Positions 62,595-64,000 of a stretch of 64,000 bases of DNA are shown here, piece after piece. The notes beneath the pieces were generated by a model. The model did not search any database. It worked only from the letters and a program-made list of their open reading frames with translations, and was not told the DNA's origin. Source of the stretch: Octopus sinensis (taxonomy: Eukaryota); assembly GCF_006345805.1 (NCBI RefSeq), contig NC_042999.1, positions 168,268,001 through 168,332,000 on the forward strand, in the 5' to 3' direction. Position numbers and translations under genes: made by a program. Positions within the stretch are counted from its first letter, which is position 1, and every line of letters starts with the position of its first letter.

Positions 62595-63710
62595 TTGTAT
62601 GACATGGAGAGATAGCTTATCTGGAAAAGCAGCTTAGACCCTACTACATGTCTAAACTCAAGGACAGAACTTTTCGGATCATGCCCATATGTGACAAAAT
62701 TTTTGTTACGTTTTTGGTCCCCTCAAGACTACAGATAGAACTTGCTTTCTATATTATGTCCACACAAAAGTTTTTTATCTCATTATACCTTTTATTTTTT
62801 TCATATATTTTTATATTTTCACACATAATAATATTTTCTGTACTCTTCCATCCTGCATTTTTTCTTGTGCCTATATAGATGTGTATATAGATTCATTTGA
62901 ATGTGTGTGTGAATATGTATGAGTGGGCGGGTATGTATGTATATAGATGTGTGCATGCGTGCGGGCATAAGAATACATATATATATATATAGACGTTTTT
63001 ACTTAGTATTTTTACAATTTTTTCGGATTTTTGGGGCATATGTATAATCCCTTTTTTGTGTATGCGTGTGTGTGTATGCATATATAAACATGTGTGGGTA
63101 TGTACATATGGGCGTGTGTGTGTATGTGTGCATAAGGGCATGTCCGTATATGAACGTGGTTTTACGCTTTGTATACTTCCTTATGCTTTTTTCTGTATTG
63201 TTACCTTTAACCATGTTTTTTCTTGTGCTTGTGCGTATGTAGACGTATGCAGGAACTTTTACGGTGCACGTGTGTGTGTATGAGTTTGTATATATATATA
63301 TATGCATATACATTTGGCGAAAAATGCGAGTGAAGATGTGTACGTTTTCATAGTGACGTATAAGTACGCACGTGGGTGTGCGAGCGCAAATGTGAGCATA
63401 TGAGTAGGCATGCTTACGTGTTTACTATGAACTTTTAACCTTATTTTATATACGTAGCGGTCATTGAATTAGCGCTTTTATATAAGTAGCGGACTTATAA
63501 CACAGTAATTTCCCTTTGTATAACCGTCTTTTTTCATAGCGTTTTTCAGATGGTCAGATAACCGAAGAGATGGTGGTGTGGATTTCCACCTCGGCATCCG
63601 AAACTTGGCTACCGAATAATTGTCACATATTATTTTACAGATAAATTTCCTCTATTTACATAATATTGAGGTCTCTTTCTTTCTTTTGTTATCTTACCGT
63701 TTTTACCAAT
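62595..63710 (+). mobile_element. Penelope-like element 3' end and terminal repeat
   Basis: 62600-62800 aligns with 54805-55000; 63605-63710 is the reverse complement of 53445-53550. Confidence 0.75.
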
Positions 63711-64000
63711 ATATATATATATGATATATATATATTATATATATATATATATATCATATATATATATATATATGATATATATATATTATATATTATATAT
63801 ATATATATAATATATATATATATATTATATATATATATATCATATATATATATATATATATACGATAGCCTCAGGCCCACCAAAGCCTTGTGAGTGGATT
63901 TCATACACAGAAGCTGTAATAAAAAGACAGTCATATATGTGCATATTGGTATGTGTGTGTGTGTGTGTTTGTACCCCCATCATCGCTTGACAACTGATTT

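Noticed and set aside
63555-63615. Hammerhead-like CCGAAGA...CCGAAAC in the PLE terminal repeat (similar remnant at 35670-35710)
   Set aside because: Plausible relics, but stems I/III and the cleavage triplet could not be assigned.

Overview
AT-rich, microsatellite-dense animal genomic DNA. The SINE families and RTE/CR1/Penelope content suggest a cephalopod, probably Octopus (inference, not verified). Most of the window is decayed mobile elements: RTE LINE copies whose RT carries an inserted PHD-type finger, CR1/L2 LINEs, a near full-length Hero-clade (R2-superfamily) retrotransposon, Penelope-like remnants, Chapaev3, mariner, maT, Tc1, pogo, Helitron and Gypsy-gag fragments, MITEs and four tRNA-derived SINE families. 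Short minus-strand exons (ATG at 34917 down to about 6142) belong to one host gene that I cannot name. Most notable: (1) hammerhead-ribozyme cores in a non-circularly permuted, pseudoknotted strand order, found in the terminal direct repeats of the Hero element (10470-10559, 14398-14467) and, with the same helix map but unrelated sequence, at 35946-36074; (2) Penelope-type minimal hammerheads in fold-back elements among (TA)n tracts; (3) a minisatellite that reiterates a 21-nt LINE segment at its 5' truncation point, resembling telomerase-like slippage. All calls were made by eye, with no database search or folding run. Repeat boundaries are approximate.
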